Positions 20,901 to 29,874 of a DNA stretch of 64,000 nucleotides are shown here, piece after piece (within the stretch, counting starts at the first letter, position 1; the number at the start of each line of letters is the position of its first letter). The notes under the pieces were generated by a model that was not told where the DNA came from, did not search any database, and saw nothing but the letters and a program-made list of their open reading frames with translations. The stretch comes from a virus. The stretch spans positions 1 to 64,000 of the IMG/VR virus record IMGVR_UViG_3300005253_000098; one strand, given 5' to 3'. The translations under genes were made by a program, and so were the position numbers.

Positions 20901-22559
20901 TACCTCTGTGTAAATATTCCAGCCCTCGAAACTATATTTTCCAACATAAAAGCTATGACCATAGGTCAGGTCAGTTTCTCTTGACTCGAACAATGGTGCG
21001 TGGTGAAAATCCTGTGATCCGTCATCACGGTCAATCCATTGCTCGTGTTGATCTCGTAAGTCCAGGTGATCATCTTTATTGTAACTTCTCCCTGCTTGTT
21101 CTGGTATGACGTCCAGTCTACGCATCCGTGGATTGGGCAGACTTGTATCTGTTCCTCCAGCTGTTAGGCTTTGTTTCCACATCGTCCTGAATCGGAATAC
21201 GTCTGGATACAGGTAGATCATACTGGTCTGTGAGGTCTGCACGTAAGCCATGATCCCGTTCTCGATCACACAATCTCCCTTGAATGTATGATTAGGGTCA
21301 TAGACTCGACTCCAATAGAGAGGCTTTAAGAAAAATCCTTTGTCTTCTGTCCATTTGTTCTCGTTGGTGTCCCATACCTTAACGTCCTCATCCCCGACCC
21401 TGCCCAACCAGGGCACGTAATCCACCGGCTCTCGTGCATAAACTATCTTATTGATTAATCCCCGGCTGGTATCCAACCAGCCCCGTGAACTCGAGTGTCT
21501 CCTGCTTATTGCTTGCCAGTTCGGAATTCTGACAATCGGATTGTCCCGTAGTATTTCACAATGAAAGCTCTGGAATTGAGTTGAACTGCTTCCAGTCCTT
21601 ACTCCTACTCCTCCTGTTACCCAGGTTGGATCTATGATCTTAACGTAGAATTTTCCGTTGTAATATAAGTAGAATGTATCACCGGATGCTATTACTGTTA
21701 ATGTATGTTGATCGGTGGTGCTAACATTTACTCCCAGGTTATGATCCCATATAGTTACGTCTGAAGCTCCATGCAGGTTCCGATTTATTTTTATGTTATC
21801 AACGGTTGATCCATTGAGATGATAATAATAGCCAGCATCATCAGAGTCTGCATGTTCTGCGTAGGAACTCTGTATTCGGAAATATATACCTGCGTGTGTT
21901 TCTGCTCCTCCGAAATTAAATGATATACTACAAATAAAGTCTGCTGTGTGATAGGGTGTTGCTCGTATTGAATTGTAGGTTGTAGAGCTTGTAGTAAACA
22001 AGAAACCGCTACCTACACTCCATATGCCAACTAAAGTTTCCCAGTGCGAAGGGACGCTGGAAAAGGTTTCGTAATGATCATAGATCCCATGTTGTCTTCG
22101 TTTGTTAGTATCTACATCCTCTTCAGCTACGAAGTTTGGTATAGGTAGTCTGGTGCTCCTGGCATTTAATCTAAGTTTGTTATATGATCCTTTTAAGTGA
22201 GCAGTAATAGTTTTAGTAACATATTCTATTTCTTTAAATTCTGCACCAGTAATAATTACTACACCATCGTAGCTGGTCGTCCATTGCAATCCCTGCACGG
22301 CGAAGTTATCATTTTCCATTAATTCTTTTAGTGCCTGGAATAATTCTGGTTCATAGATAGTAGTTATGGTTAGATCAAAAGAATGCTGATGTTGTTTTTG
22401 TTCCAATAAGCCAGTGGTATATTGTGAGACCATAATATTAGTAGCAAAGCTTACAGTTTCCTGTTCATATATCCAGTGATCACCGAATTTGATACCAAGT
22501 CTTGGTTCATCAATCATGTTATTTTTGCACCTATTTTTCCACCAACAGTGTTCTTGCAT
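17979..22559 (-). CDS. large tail/receptor-binding protein with LamG (ConA-like) domains (likely start 22517)
   Basis: repeated LamG signatures (LNIYLDGV, YDGYMDEFMVWDKV, HNGAIGNIIIHDYWL). Confidence 0.8.
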   Translation of the reverse strand: MQEHCWWKNRCKNNMIDEPRLGIKFGDHWIYEQETVSFATNIMVSQYTTGLLEQKQHQHSFDLTITTIYEPELFQALKELMENDNFAVQGLQWTTSYDGVVIITGAEFKEIEYVTKTITAHLKGSYNKLRLNARSTRLPIPNFVAEEDVDTNKRRQHGIYDHYETFSSVPSHWETLVGIWSVGSGFLFTTSSTTYNSIRATPYHTADFICSISFNFGGAETHAGIYFRIQSSYAEHADSDDAGYYYHLNGSTVDNIKINRNLHGASDVTIWDHNLGVNVSTTDQHTLTVIASGDTFYLYYNGKFYVKIIDPTWVTGGVGVRTGSSSTQFQSFHCEILRDNPIVRIPNWQAISRRHSSSRGWLDTSRGLINKIVYAREPVDYVPWLGRVGDEDVKVWDTNENKWTEDKGFFLKPLYWSRVYDPNHTFKGDCVIENGIMAYVQTSQTSMIYLYPDVFRFRTMWKQSLTAGGTDTSLPNPRMRRLDVIPEQAGRSYNKDDHLDLRDQHEQWIDRDDGSQDFHHAPLFESRETDLTYGHSFYVGKYSFEGWNIYTEVEFTVEQFSKWRSSTEFQGIFSNTDDFQNDGFYIYVTSGTTQTIYANFGNDASGDTVWNTGVSIDPNTVTRIMHILSQNREMLYKNGILVAVRDRSKTVFIQSGRTPRIGSTERERPWATNPLNGKISYAETGLRNRGETMPVSNDTPVCWITFDHNDWDNGNTRMTDKSENGLHLLQNVNNLFLMNSHGRFNEWAYRKSAVIGWSMGWIDGLETPIGTTWSISLTFMYINTPAAATSYLLFIINNGAGEAVAIFIQDNNTFDVNINGTIVGAVPIVINTIHRVLISWDDGSLNIYLDGVLQTGSPFTTPTPTFTSNFNMYLGGNGANVISTYDGYMDEFMVWDKVITPDEDGVVIKDQYKTGEVYLKSEFRYIDKRWVKRPTDRWRAPIYWFSQHSDNGRSIQLDSHGSRVVEGAEVVTNPGFKFPGITGDFMWAWKSRGGVEFNHTGDIEFPTVFSLQFSVYIFTLPASHMLPFELFNTSYETTVYCRIYSDGDIEFALVGTGGVSRYMITTDTPLAVNTLYTISFRCDIPNDTGKIVINGTEHTVTKTGTAQTTIRNLRYMRIGRYVASEFHNGAIGNIIIHDYWLKDEELGFFVDKQMGPSAGAIIKHYSETTLTAPHFNKIELEEIRPDFVRARIKEGAYQTSYEMKFRGDIGGIVLKNYKRYGSQKLPANDLRYFHIMRDDNLFPMATYNPIGTEFGNVRLKVNVFGTRNDDNAIRYVDSRRDVLGSDYPIAATLNHVEIIHAITYSASSNVIWVSVYNYMTPGVDGTADFSTEGGTKNYFTDNHLFWVERGDFDDGQMETGLIPIPYFHQIFYPIGDMSANNGGSLSTYLGEQNPSTIYFSVNNQYVRWSNIYLEAGSYAVIVGARRNGVSQTLDIDVSSGSKTLTDQVTNSVNTDDWNNQIFAVFTVDNEFLTDIQVEVRMNGSGFVFTDGMWIIPISNGHNYPMDIIHQFMSETKISRQVIKDVD

Positions 22560-25500
22560 TTAATCATTGCTAAGTATATGGTATCCATGATTCCCTGATA
22601 GTCCTTCTGCCCACTCATCGGTATACAGATAGCGTAGTCTATTTCTACGTTTGTTGCACTGGCAGTAAAATGAGTATTCAGATTGCTGGTCTGATCATAG
22701 TATTGATCAATCATAACTACAACTTCTCCAGTAGAAGAATTAACATAGATATCTGAAGTGCCATCTCTTAGTCTTAAAGAACCAGTAGCACCTCCTCCAT
22801 GGAATCTACCTCCCATCCAGTAATGTCCAGCATCTACTGTTCCCCAATCAACATTTACTGTATCAGTGCCAGAATTTAGTTCTGTGATATAACCATCAGG
22901 GGTGGTAGTAGCTGTAATAGAGTTAGCGATTTCTGCAGCAGCACCTCCTACATAGGTAACACCAGGTTCACTATTGTCTCGTGGGTAGACCAAGGGATAG
23001 AAGGGTGTAGGGACTGCTCCGACGATAAATCTTTCATCTACATCAAGTGAACGCATACTCATCTGTCTGGCTACGCCACTAACAGTAGCGAAATACCATC
23101 TGTCTGTTGCAGAAGAATATTTATTTCCTGCAGCAAAGCCAACCCATTTCCTACCATGCCTAACAAAGGCAGAAGCTGGCATCCATGCATGATCAGGTTC
23201 ATCTCGACTGGTTGAGGCTGTTCTACCAAATACGTCGGTTGAGGCACTGATTCCCCCGAGCACAGTGAAGTGATAGTATGCCCCTTCCATGAAGTGTATG
23301 AGCCACTGGAAACTTGTAGTAGAGAATGTTTCTTCATTCATAGGAGTGGAGACAATACTGAAGACCACAGTCTGTTGTCCACCAAACAATTCTACCCTGA
23401 TAATAATATCATTCTCCTTCCATGATCGGACATCTGTGGTCTGGATGATAGGATCGAGTTCCCAGTTATTCATCATCTGGCAATCGATAATAACAGAGTT
23501 GCCGGTAATTTCTACGATATCGAAACTCCTTACGTATTGATCATTATCACCAGTAGATTCAACAGTTTCTGCATATACCCCAATGTTACCTATGTAATCC
23601 CAATTGTCCACTGATGGATCCCACACAAACTGAGAGATGTGTCCAGCATCAAACTTACTCTGCTTACTTATTCGTAAGCCTATTAGTCCATTTTCTATCC
23701 ATAGAGTATCATTAGGAGAGCCAAGCACATTAACATTTTTCTTCTGGTGCCATCTCCAATCACGGGCACGATACAGTCGCTGAACGGTTCTTTCTAATTG
23801 AATGGTTGGACCAAACCAATTCTTATATGTTTCCCTTACATCAGACGCACTCCAGGCATAACTGTAAATTGAAAAGTGAACCATTTTCATTGCTATCCAG
23901 TTGGTTGAATTCCTCCAGTTACCAATAGCGATTTCTGCTGATGTTGAAGGAAACCCAGCTATCGTGGTGCTTGAATCAAATTTTCCATCTACGTAGATGA
24001 CCATGGTATTTGTAGATCGATTTACTGTAATAGTTAGCAGATGCCATACATCATCAAAGATATTGAACTTCTTACCGGTATATATATTAGGGACTCCACC
24101 GTCTCTCAACTCTATTTCTAAGCCTGTATCTGTATCACTACCATAATTGATTTGTATGAATTCCGTGGTTGAACCACTGTTGAAAATAGTCGCTTCGTCA
24201 GTAGTATCGCCTGTCTTAAGAATGAAGTTATAAGTTCGTTGATCTGATCCACCAGGAAAACCATACTCTACCCCAGACAATCCTGTCCTATATAATTGTT
24301 GATTTGTCCCATTGAATGAGAGAGAGTAGTCCCAATGTTTAGAGGGAGTATCTGGGTTCCACTGTGGACCATTAGCATCAGGAACATTATTAGTTAATGG
24401 TGTTACGCTATTATATCTCTGTAAATATACAACATTAGCACTTGTATCATGGATATAGGTCAATTGATGGTCTGGTGTTCCGTCATGAAAAGTCCACATG
24501 CCCAAGACATTAGTTTCTTTAGCAAAGTCTTCATTGTTCTCCTTTAATAAATATTGATGTCCTTGCCAGGTTTGGCGTGATTCGGGGATATACCATGCTT
24601 TTCTTGGATATGTCTGGTAAAGTAATTTGGCTTCAGCAGGGGTAATAGCTTTGTTTATCCAGAACCAGCCATGAATATTTCCTTCTAAAATATGAGTAGC
24701 GATTCCAGCCCAGGGTGCTTCAAAAGGATATACTGATCCAACCGAATGATAGGAAATATTATGGGCATTAACTATATCCCAATCTGACCATGTAAGGAAC
24801 TGATCTCGGATTAATCTACCATCTCGATAGAGTTGACAGTAATTGGCACTTACCACTACAATATACTGGTGCCAGGTGTCATCGTTCGAGTTGATATAAA
24901 TCAGCATATCTTCGGTTTCTGAGCTTGAGATAGTCTGGAGAATCCTAACATTTAACGCATTAATTGAATCATCCCATAAGAAAAAAATTCCGTATTCTGT
25001 ATTACTATTATATGGAATAGACCAGAGATATCCATCTGTAATTTCAGCGGAATCGTGCTTGAACCAGATAACAAAAGTGGTTGGTGCTCCGTGCCATGTT
25101 TCCTTATAAAACTGACGATCTGCTATACGAATACGTGAGTCCAATCCATTAAGAATAAATGAGTTATAGAATGCGAGATCGGGCATATCTGTCTGACTCC
25201 AGATACCTCCACCGTGTAGTGTGCCAGTTGAGAGAGCTGCTACTTCTGGAAAATCATTGAAGGCTGCAAACTCATATTGAGAGGTCTTTCCTGTCCAACG
25301 CTGTGTCCAACCCACTTCCAGTTGATCGATGACATTAGCTGAGTCTCTCCACCAGTCAAGTATAGAACTGTTGGGAATACGGTAGGCTCGCACATTCTCA
25401 GCTGATATCAAACCTTGTCCCTTAATAGGATGGATAACTGTTCTATAGATAGCTATTAGATCGACAGTCGCATTTATCCTGTAGTTGCCAGTAGGATAAA

Positions 25501-27772
25501 TTGATGTGTCGGTAGAAGTGTTACCTCCAATAATACTGTATAATGTAATAGCAGCTGGAGCATCAGTTATATCATAATCTTTACTGATTGGTTGACCGTC
25601 CAGGTATGTCATCTTATAATTATTGTCGTAATCCCAGATAAAAACAAAATCATAGTATTTCTCCAATTCGAGATCCATGTAGTGGGCAGTTCCTGTTGAG
25701 CCCTCGCTCCACTGGATAATCTTTACCCGATAAATCTTGCTTGTCCCAGCAAATTCCTGAACAGATGTTCTTTCATATATCATCTGAAGTTCTATGGCTT
25801 CTTTATGGCTTGAAGTCCGATGGGCATAGATGACCATAGGTTCTTCTCCAGTAGAGAACTCGTGGAACTTCATTCTAATACGAACGGTCGCCTTACCATT
25901 AGTATTAAATCCGAACTGATAAGGAAAGATTATAAACTTAGTTTTCTCAGGGGATGCTGTCGCTGGAACACTAAGGTTACTGTCTAATCGCAAAGCATTA
26001 CCACTTATCCCCCCGTTTTCGATGATTGATCCATTGGAGATCAGATCGAATCCATCATTAGTAACTGAACTGTCCAGGTTAAAGGCGTAGTTTTTTGGAT
26101 GGGAAGCATTCTTGTCTCTGAAGTCCGTATAGAGGATACAGTCTGGTCCAGTCTCTTCCCATCTCCCGATAAGCTGTTTCTCTCTTCCTATGCTTCTATA
26201 TATTTTTCCGTATGGAGTCTCGAGTGTGTGTATATTAGAGTAAGATCCTATCGGTTCTGATCCAGGTGGTAATGATATAACACTTCTTTTAGGTGTAGAT
26301 ACCTGGATTGTGTCCCACCACATTGTTTTAGTAGCAGCGCCGTTTGATTCAAATGAAATACCTCCAGTAGTATTGATACCAGCAGCTACTGCCTTCTCGA
26401 GCTGAACTGAAAATATATGTGTTCCATTTATCCAGACATTGACATTATGACCAATGTTTATGATTTTAAAACTATACCATGTATCGATATCCATTGGTAT
26501 TGGTTTTTGAGGGGTGATAATTTTCTGTGTTGTTCCTTCTCGATAAGCCAAGTAAATGATATTAGAGATTCGATCCATATATAATTCTATACTATCGCTA
26601 TATCCATCTCCATCGATCGGAGTATGCCACCGTATAATTGCATAGTCCGCAGGATCGAGAGGTCCGAGATCAATTTCCTCATTTTCACTGATGCCACTTG
26701 TAGTCATACTGAGACTGTCAATTGCTGAGTCTGAACCTCTATTTGGTGAATGTGTCCAGCGTATGGTCTTAATAATCTTACCAGCAGCCAATGTGCTCAG
26801 GTAGTTGTCTAATACCCATGTTCCAGAAGATGATGTGCGAGTATATTGATCTGTCGTGTCATCGGTATATGTGACCTTCATTGTAACTGTTCGAGTCGAG
26901 AAAAGCTTGGAATATCCAGTAAAGGCTGTAATATTATCAACAGGGATCATGACATTTTGTTCAATATAGCCCTCGTAATAAGTTGGAGATTGGTAAGGAG
27001 TTATTTTACATCCCCATGCCCCTGCTTGACGAAAAAAGGCACCTGTAGTTGCAGCTGGAGGAAGACTTGGATGAAGAGAATCGTAATCATCCCAATCAGT
27101 TGCTAAATTACCATTATCAAAATTTCCATCCTTTAAGAGATCAATGGTTATAATATTGGGTTCAAGATGCCAGTTAAACATTCCTTCGATCTGGACATCT
27201 CTTGCGTATGCATTAATAGTAACTCGTCCTCCATCTGTCTTGAGGACATCTCCCCCTTCATATGCTTCTGCATCGGCTACCGATTTAACAGTGCCAGTTT
27301 CTTTTTCCCAAGTGATAGAAGATTGTTGTTTTCCACCTGTCCTCCCTATGCCATCTACAGTTGTTATATCTGAACCTGTCCATTCCGCATTCTCGAATGA
27401 TTCATCAATGATGTATTCCCAGTCGTTCTCAATATAAATAGCTTTTGAGGTTACGATAATGCCCTCGACCTTCTGGAAAGTTATGTCAATATTATATCGA
27501 TTCTTTGATGTCTCTGAGTAGCTTAAACGATTGGCAATAACCATATAATTGACGTCATCTGGTCCTTTGATCTTCTTGGCTCCACTAATAGCTTTGGTAG
27601 TCAAAGCAATATATTCCTTGTATGTTATACCATTAAACATTAGTGTAAATACTGGAATAGTTGAAGAGGTTGGGAAAGAGGATATATATCCTTCTAAAAG
27701 AGAGATGTTAACATTAGAGTTTAGTTCACGAATAGCATGAAAGGGTGTTCCATCAATCTCGAATCGTTGCAT
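22514..27772 (-). CDS. large tail protein with CBM-like and multiple LamG domains
   Basis: LLKDGNFD CBM-like start; DDVWHLLTIT...MVIYVDG, INATVDLIAIY, WHQYIVV...LYRDG. Confidence 0.8.
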   Translation of the reverse strand: MQRFEIDGTPFHAIRELNSNVNISLLEGYISSFPTSSTIPVFTLMFNGITYKEYIALTTKAISGAKKIKGPDDVNYMVIANRLSYSETSKNRYNIDITFQKVEGIIVTSKAIYIENDWEYIIDESFENAEWTGSDITTVDGIGRTGGKQQSSITWEKETGTVKSVADAEAYEGGDVLKTDGGRVTINAYARDVQIEGMFNWHLEPNIITIDLLKDGNFDNGNLATDWDDYDSLHPSLPPAATTGAFFRQAGAWGCKITPYQSPTYYEGYIEQNVMIPVDNITAFTGYSKLFSTRTVTMKVTYTDDTTDQYTRTSSSGTWVLDNYLSTLAAGKIIKTIRWTHSPNRGSDSAIDSLSMTTSGISENEEIDLGPLDPADYAIIRWHTPIDGDGYSDSIELYMDRISNIIYLAYREGTTQKIITPQKPIPMDIDTWYSFKIINIGHNVNVWINGTHIFSVQLEKAVAAGINTTGGISFESNGAATKTMWWDTIQVSTPKRSVISLPPGSEPIGSYSNIHTLETPYGKIYRSIGREKQLIGRWEETGPDCILYTDFRDKNASHPKNYAFNLDSSVTNDGFDLISNGSIIENGGISGNALRLDSNLSVPATASPEKTKFIIFPYQFGFNTNGKATVRIRMKFHEFSTGEEPMVIYAHRTSSHKEAIELQMIYERTSVQEFAGTSKIYRVKIIQWSEGSTGTAHYMDLELEKYYDFVFIWDYDNNYKMTYLDGQPISKDYDITDAPAAITLYSIIGGNTSTDTSIYPTGNYRINATVDLIAIYRTVIHPIKGQGLISAENVRAYRIPNSSILDWWRDSANVIDQLEVGWTQRWTGKTSQYEFAAFNDFPEVAALSTGTLHGGGIWSQTDMPDLAFYNSFILNGLDSRIRIADRQFYKETWHGAPTTFVIWFKHDSAEITDGYLWSIPYNSNTEYGIFFLWDDSINALNVRILQTISSSETEDMLIYINSNDDTWHQYIVVVSANYCQLYRDGRLIRDQFLTWSDWDIVNAHNISYHSVGSVYPFEAPWAGIATHILEGNIHGWFWINKAITPAEAKLLYQTYPRKAWYIPESRQTWQGHQYLLKENNEDFAKETNVLGMWTFHDGTPDHQLTYIHDTSANVVYLQRYNSVTPLTNNVPDANGPQWNPDTPSKHWDYSLSFNGTNQQLYRTGLSGVEYGFPGGSDQRTYNFILKTGDTTDEATIFNSGSTTEFIQINYGSDTDTGLEIELRDGGVPNIYTGKKFNIFDDVWHLLTITVNRSTNTMVIYVDGKFDSSTTIAGFPSTSAEIAIGNWRNSTNWIAMKMVHFSIYSYAWSASDVRETYKNWFGPTIQLERTVQRLYRARDWRWHQKKNVNVLGSPNDTLWIENGLIGLRISKQSKFDAGHISQFVWDPSVDNWDYIGNIGVYAETVESTGDNDQYVRSFDIVEITGNSVIIDCQMMNNWELDPIIQTTDVRSWKENDIIIRVELFGGQQTVVFSIVSTPMNEETFSTTSFQWLIHFMEGAYYHFTVLGGISASTDVFGRTASTSRDEPDHAWMPASAFVRHGRKWVGFAAGNKYSSATDRWYFATVSGVARQMSMRSLDVDERFIVGAVPTPFYPLVYPRDNSEPGVTYVGGAAAEIANSITATTTPDGYITELNSGTDTVNVDWGTVDAGHYWMGGRFHGGGATGSLRLRDGTSDIYVNSSTGEVVVMIDQYYDQTSNLNTHFTASATNVEIDYAICIPMSGQKDYQGIMDTIYLAMIKCKNTVGGKIGAKIT

Positions 27773-28838
27773 AGGGAACTACATCTTTAAAGATTATTTC
27801 GTTTACCTGCCACTTTACAAGCTGTGTCTTACACCATTCTTGATTTAGAGCATACATACTTCCGGTTGCATCTTGGAAGTTTGAATAGCAGGTGCTACAC
27901 GGATAAGCAGGGCAGGAATGACACTGATTAAAGTCGTAGTTTTGGATCTTCAAAAACTTATCGTTAAAGAAAGTGGCTCCGTTTTCATTTATCTGTCCAA
28001 CTGGTTCTAAGTTAGAACGGTGGCAGGGCTTAATAGAGCTGTCAGTATCGATACCGATAGACTTCTGACAGGCTCCACAGGTAACACGATTCTGAGGTTT
28101 TGCTCCACCAGTTCTTTTATAAGCTCGTTTTACATTCTGAAAGTTTCTTATTGTTCCTAATTTAAATCCTTCCTTAACATACCATGTAGCAAGGTTGAGC
28201 CAATGTTTATGGAGTTCCCAGGTTGACCACTTGCCGGAATGTGTAGTGTCTAAGTTGAAATGCACGAATTGTTGCGAGCGTCCAAGAAGGAAAGCCGCCG
28301 AGTCTTTCACCATCTTAACCGTGTCAGGGGTTACGGTTGCAGCAATGGCTGGCACTATGCCCGAATCCAAGAGGTTATCCCAACCACGCACAACCCTACT
28401 ATGAGTAACATCACCAGTATTAGACACTCTGTGCAAATCGTGAGCCTCAGCTATACCATCGCAACTAAGCAATACACCAAACTTATTTTCTTTTAACCAT
28501 TTTGCTTTAGTTTTATCTATTAAAGAACCGTTGCTTGTCATCCCAAGAGTAAAGCTTTTGTTCATATTCTCTTGGAACCAGCTCACCATACCTGTCATTA
28601 AAGGGTAGGATAACATAGGCTCTGTGCCAAAAAAGTGTATCTTTCCTCCATCTTCTAATAAATCTCTAATGACCTCACAGACATGAAGAGATTCCTGCAC
28701 GGTCATAAACTTTGGTTGCTTGGGGATAAAACAGTAAGTGCAACGAAAATTGCACTCTTCATTTAAGTTGACAGTAATCTCACTATACTGGTTATTCTGC
28801 TGTGGAGGGGTAGAGGGCTTGAATTTTTGCTGACTCAT
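27753..28838 (-). CDS. radical SAM/SPASM peptide-maturase-like enzyme
   Basis: CNFRCTYC, HFFGTEPML, MTSNGSL, LSCDG...HDLHR; SPASM Cys: CGAC...PCHR...CHSC...CSTC...WC. Confidence 0.92.
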   Translation of the reverse strand: MSQQKFKPSTPPQQNNQYSEITVNLNEECNFRCTYCFIPKQPKFMTVQESLHVCEVIRDLLEDGGKIHFFGTEPMLSYPLMTGMVSWFQENMNKSFTLGMTSNGSLIDKTKAKWLKENKFGVLLSCDGIAEAHDLHRVSNTGDVTHSRVVRGWDNLLDSGIVPAIAATVTPDTVKMVKDSAAFLLGRSQQFVHFNLDTTHSGKWSTWELHKHWLNLATWYVKEGFKLGTIRNFQNVKRAYKRTGGAKPQNRVTCGACQKSIGIDTDSSIKPCHRSNLEPVGQINENGATFFNDKFLKIQNYDFNQCHSCPAYPCSTCYSNFQDATGSMYALNQEWCKTQLVKWQVNEIIFKDVVPYATIRD

Positions 28839-29259
28839 ACGTGTGTCTACCAGCTCTTGAGTTATGGATATTAAAGTGTTTAGCTAATAGTTTCTTAATA
28901 CTTTCGTGCTTAATTTCTACACCTGCTTCCTTTACGAAATCTAATTCTTTCAGGACGGTATGAATCATTCCAGTATTGATCTGCTTCCTATTAGAGGACA
29001 GATCCAAAACAATTTCCTGTATGTTTTCAATAAGTTTGACTTGAAAATCAAACATTTCCTGTATTTGTTTCCCGGGTTGCCAAATAAAAATATCGGACTT
29101 AACAGGAACTCGTGCCTGTTCTTTGCCTTCTTTACTGACTTCTACCGGGGCTTTAGCGACTGCTTTTTTCTTAGCAGTGGATTTCTTTTTTGATTTAACC
29201 GGAGCTACAACGGGTGCAACTTCTGGTTGTGGTTTAACTTTTTCTGGAGGGGCTGCCAT
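28792..29259 (-). CDS. hypothetical protein (Pro/Lys-rich N-terminus)
   Basis: GGTGA SD; overlaps the radical SAM start. Confidence 0.6.
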   Translation of the reverse strand: MAAPPEKVKPQPEVAPVVAPVKSKKKSTAKKKAVAKAPVEVSKEGKEQARVPVKSDIFIWQPGKQIQEMFDFQVKLIENIQEIVLDLSSNRKQINTGMIHTVLKELDFVKEAGVEIKHESIKKLLAKHFNIHNSRAGRHTYESAKIQALYPSTAE

Positions 29260-29352
29260 TATTTCACCATAAATTTAGGGATATTGAGTAGAACCGTTGA
29301 TTGGTTCTTAGCTTGACGATTGCATATTTTATACAGCCTATTTAAGCTTTAT

Positions 29353-29874
29353 CTATGATCTTATATTCCAGAAACATAGTGAGCCATTAGCAAGTATCCA
29401 AGTTCGTTGATGTAATTGGATCGTAATGGACGAATCATTGGTAGTCACATTATACAGGAGATCAAGGTCATAATTATACAATGAAAATTTAGCTTCACAC
29501 TTTGATGTAATAGTTATACTGGTGCTATTGACTCCATACGGTCCATCGAAGATAGCATCACCAAATAATAGGTTTGTAGGTGCTTCTGTTCTGGTGTATG
29601 TGAAAAATCTCCATCGCGTGTCCGGGTGACTATTATATATTATCTCGTAATCTTGTGATGGTAGTGAGATCCATGTATATTCAACATTCCAGGTAAGTGT
29701 AAGTTTATTATTAATACTGATATTGATATCTCGTTTCTCTTCTGATATGCTCTGAATTTCTATGACTGTCCACTCATCAGATATATCATCTGGTGGTGTA
29801 TATAGAATCATCCCTATAAATAATGTTAGAGTCCATACTGATAGTAAAAATATTGCAGTTCCTCTTTTGGACAT
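29353..29874 (-). CDS. N-terminally membrane-anchored beta-rich protein
   Basis: TAIFLLSVWTLTLFIGMILY hydrophobic helix. Confidence 0.6.
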   Translation of the reverse strand: MSKRGTAIFLLSVWTLTLFIGMILYTPPDDISDEWTVIEIQSISEEKRDINISINNKLTLTWNVEYTWISLPSQDYEIIYNSHPDTRWRFFTYTRTEAPTNLLFGDAIFDGPYGVNSTSITITSKCEAKFSLYNYDLDLLYNVTTNDSSITIQLHQRTWILANGSLCFWNIRS

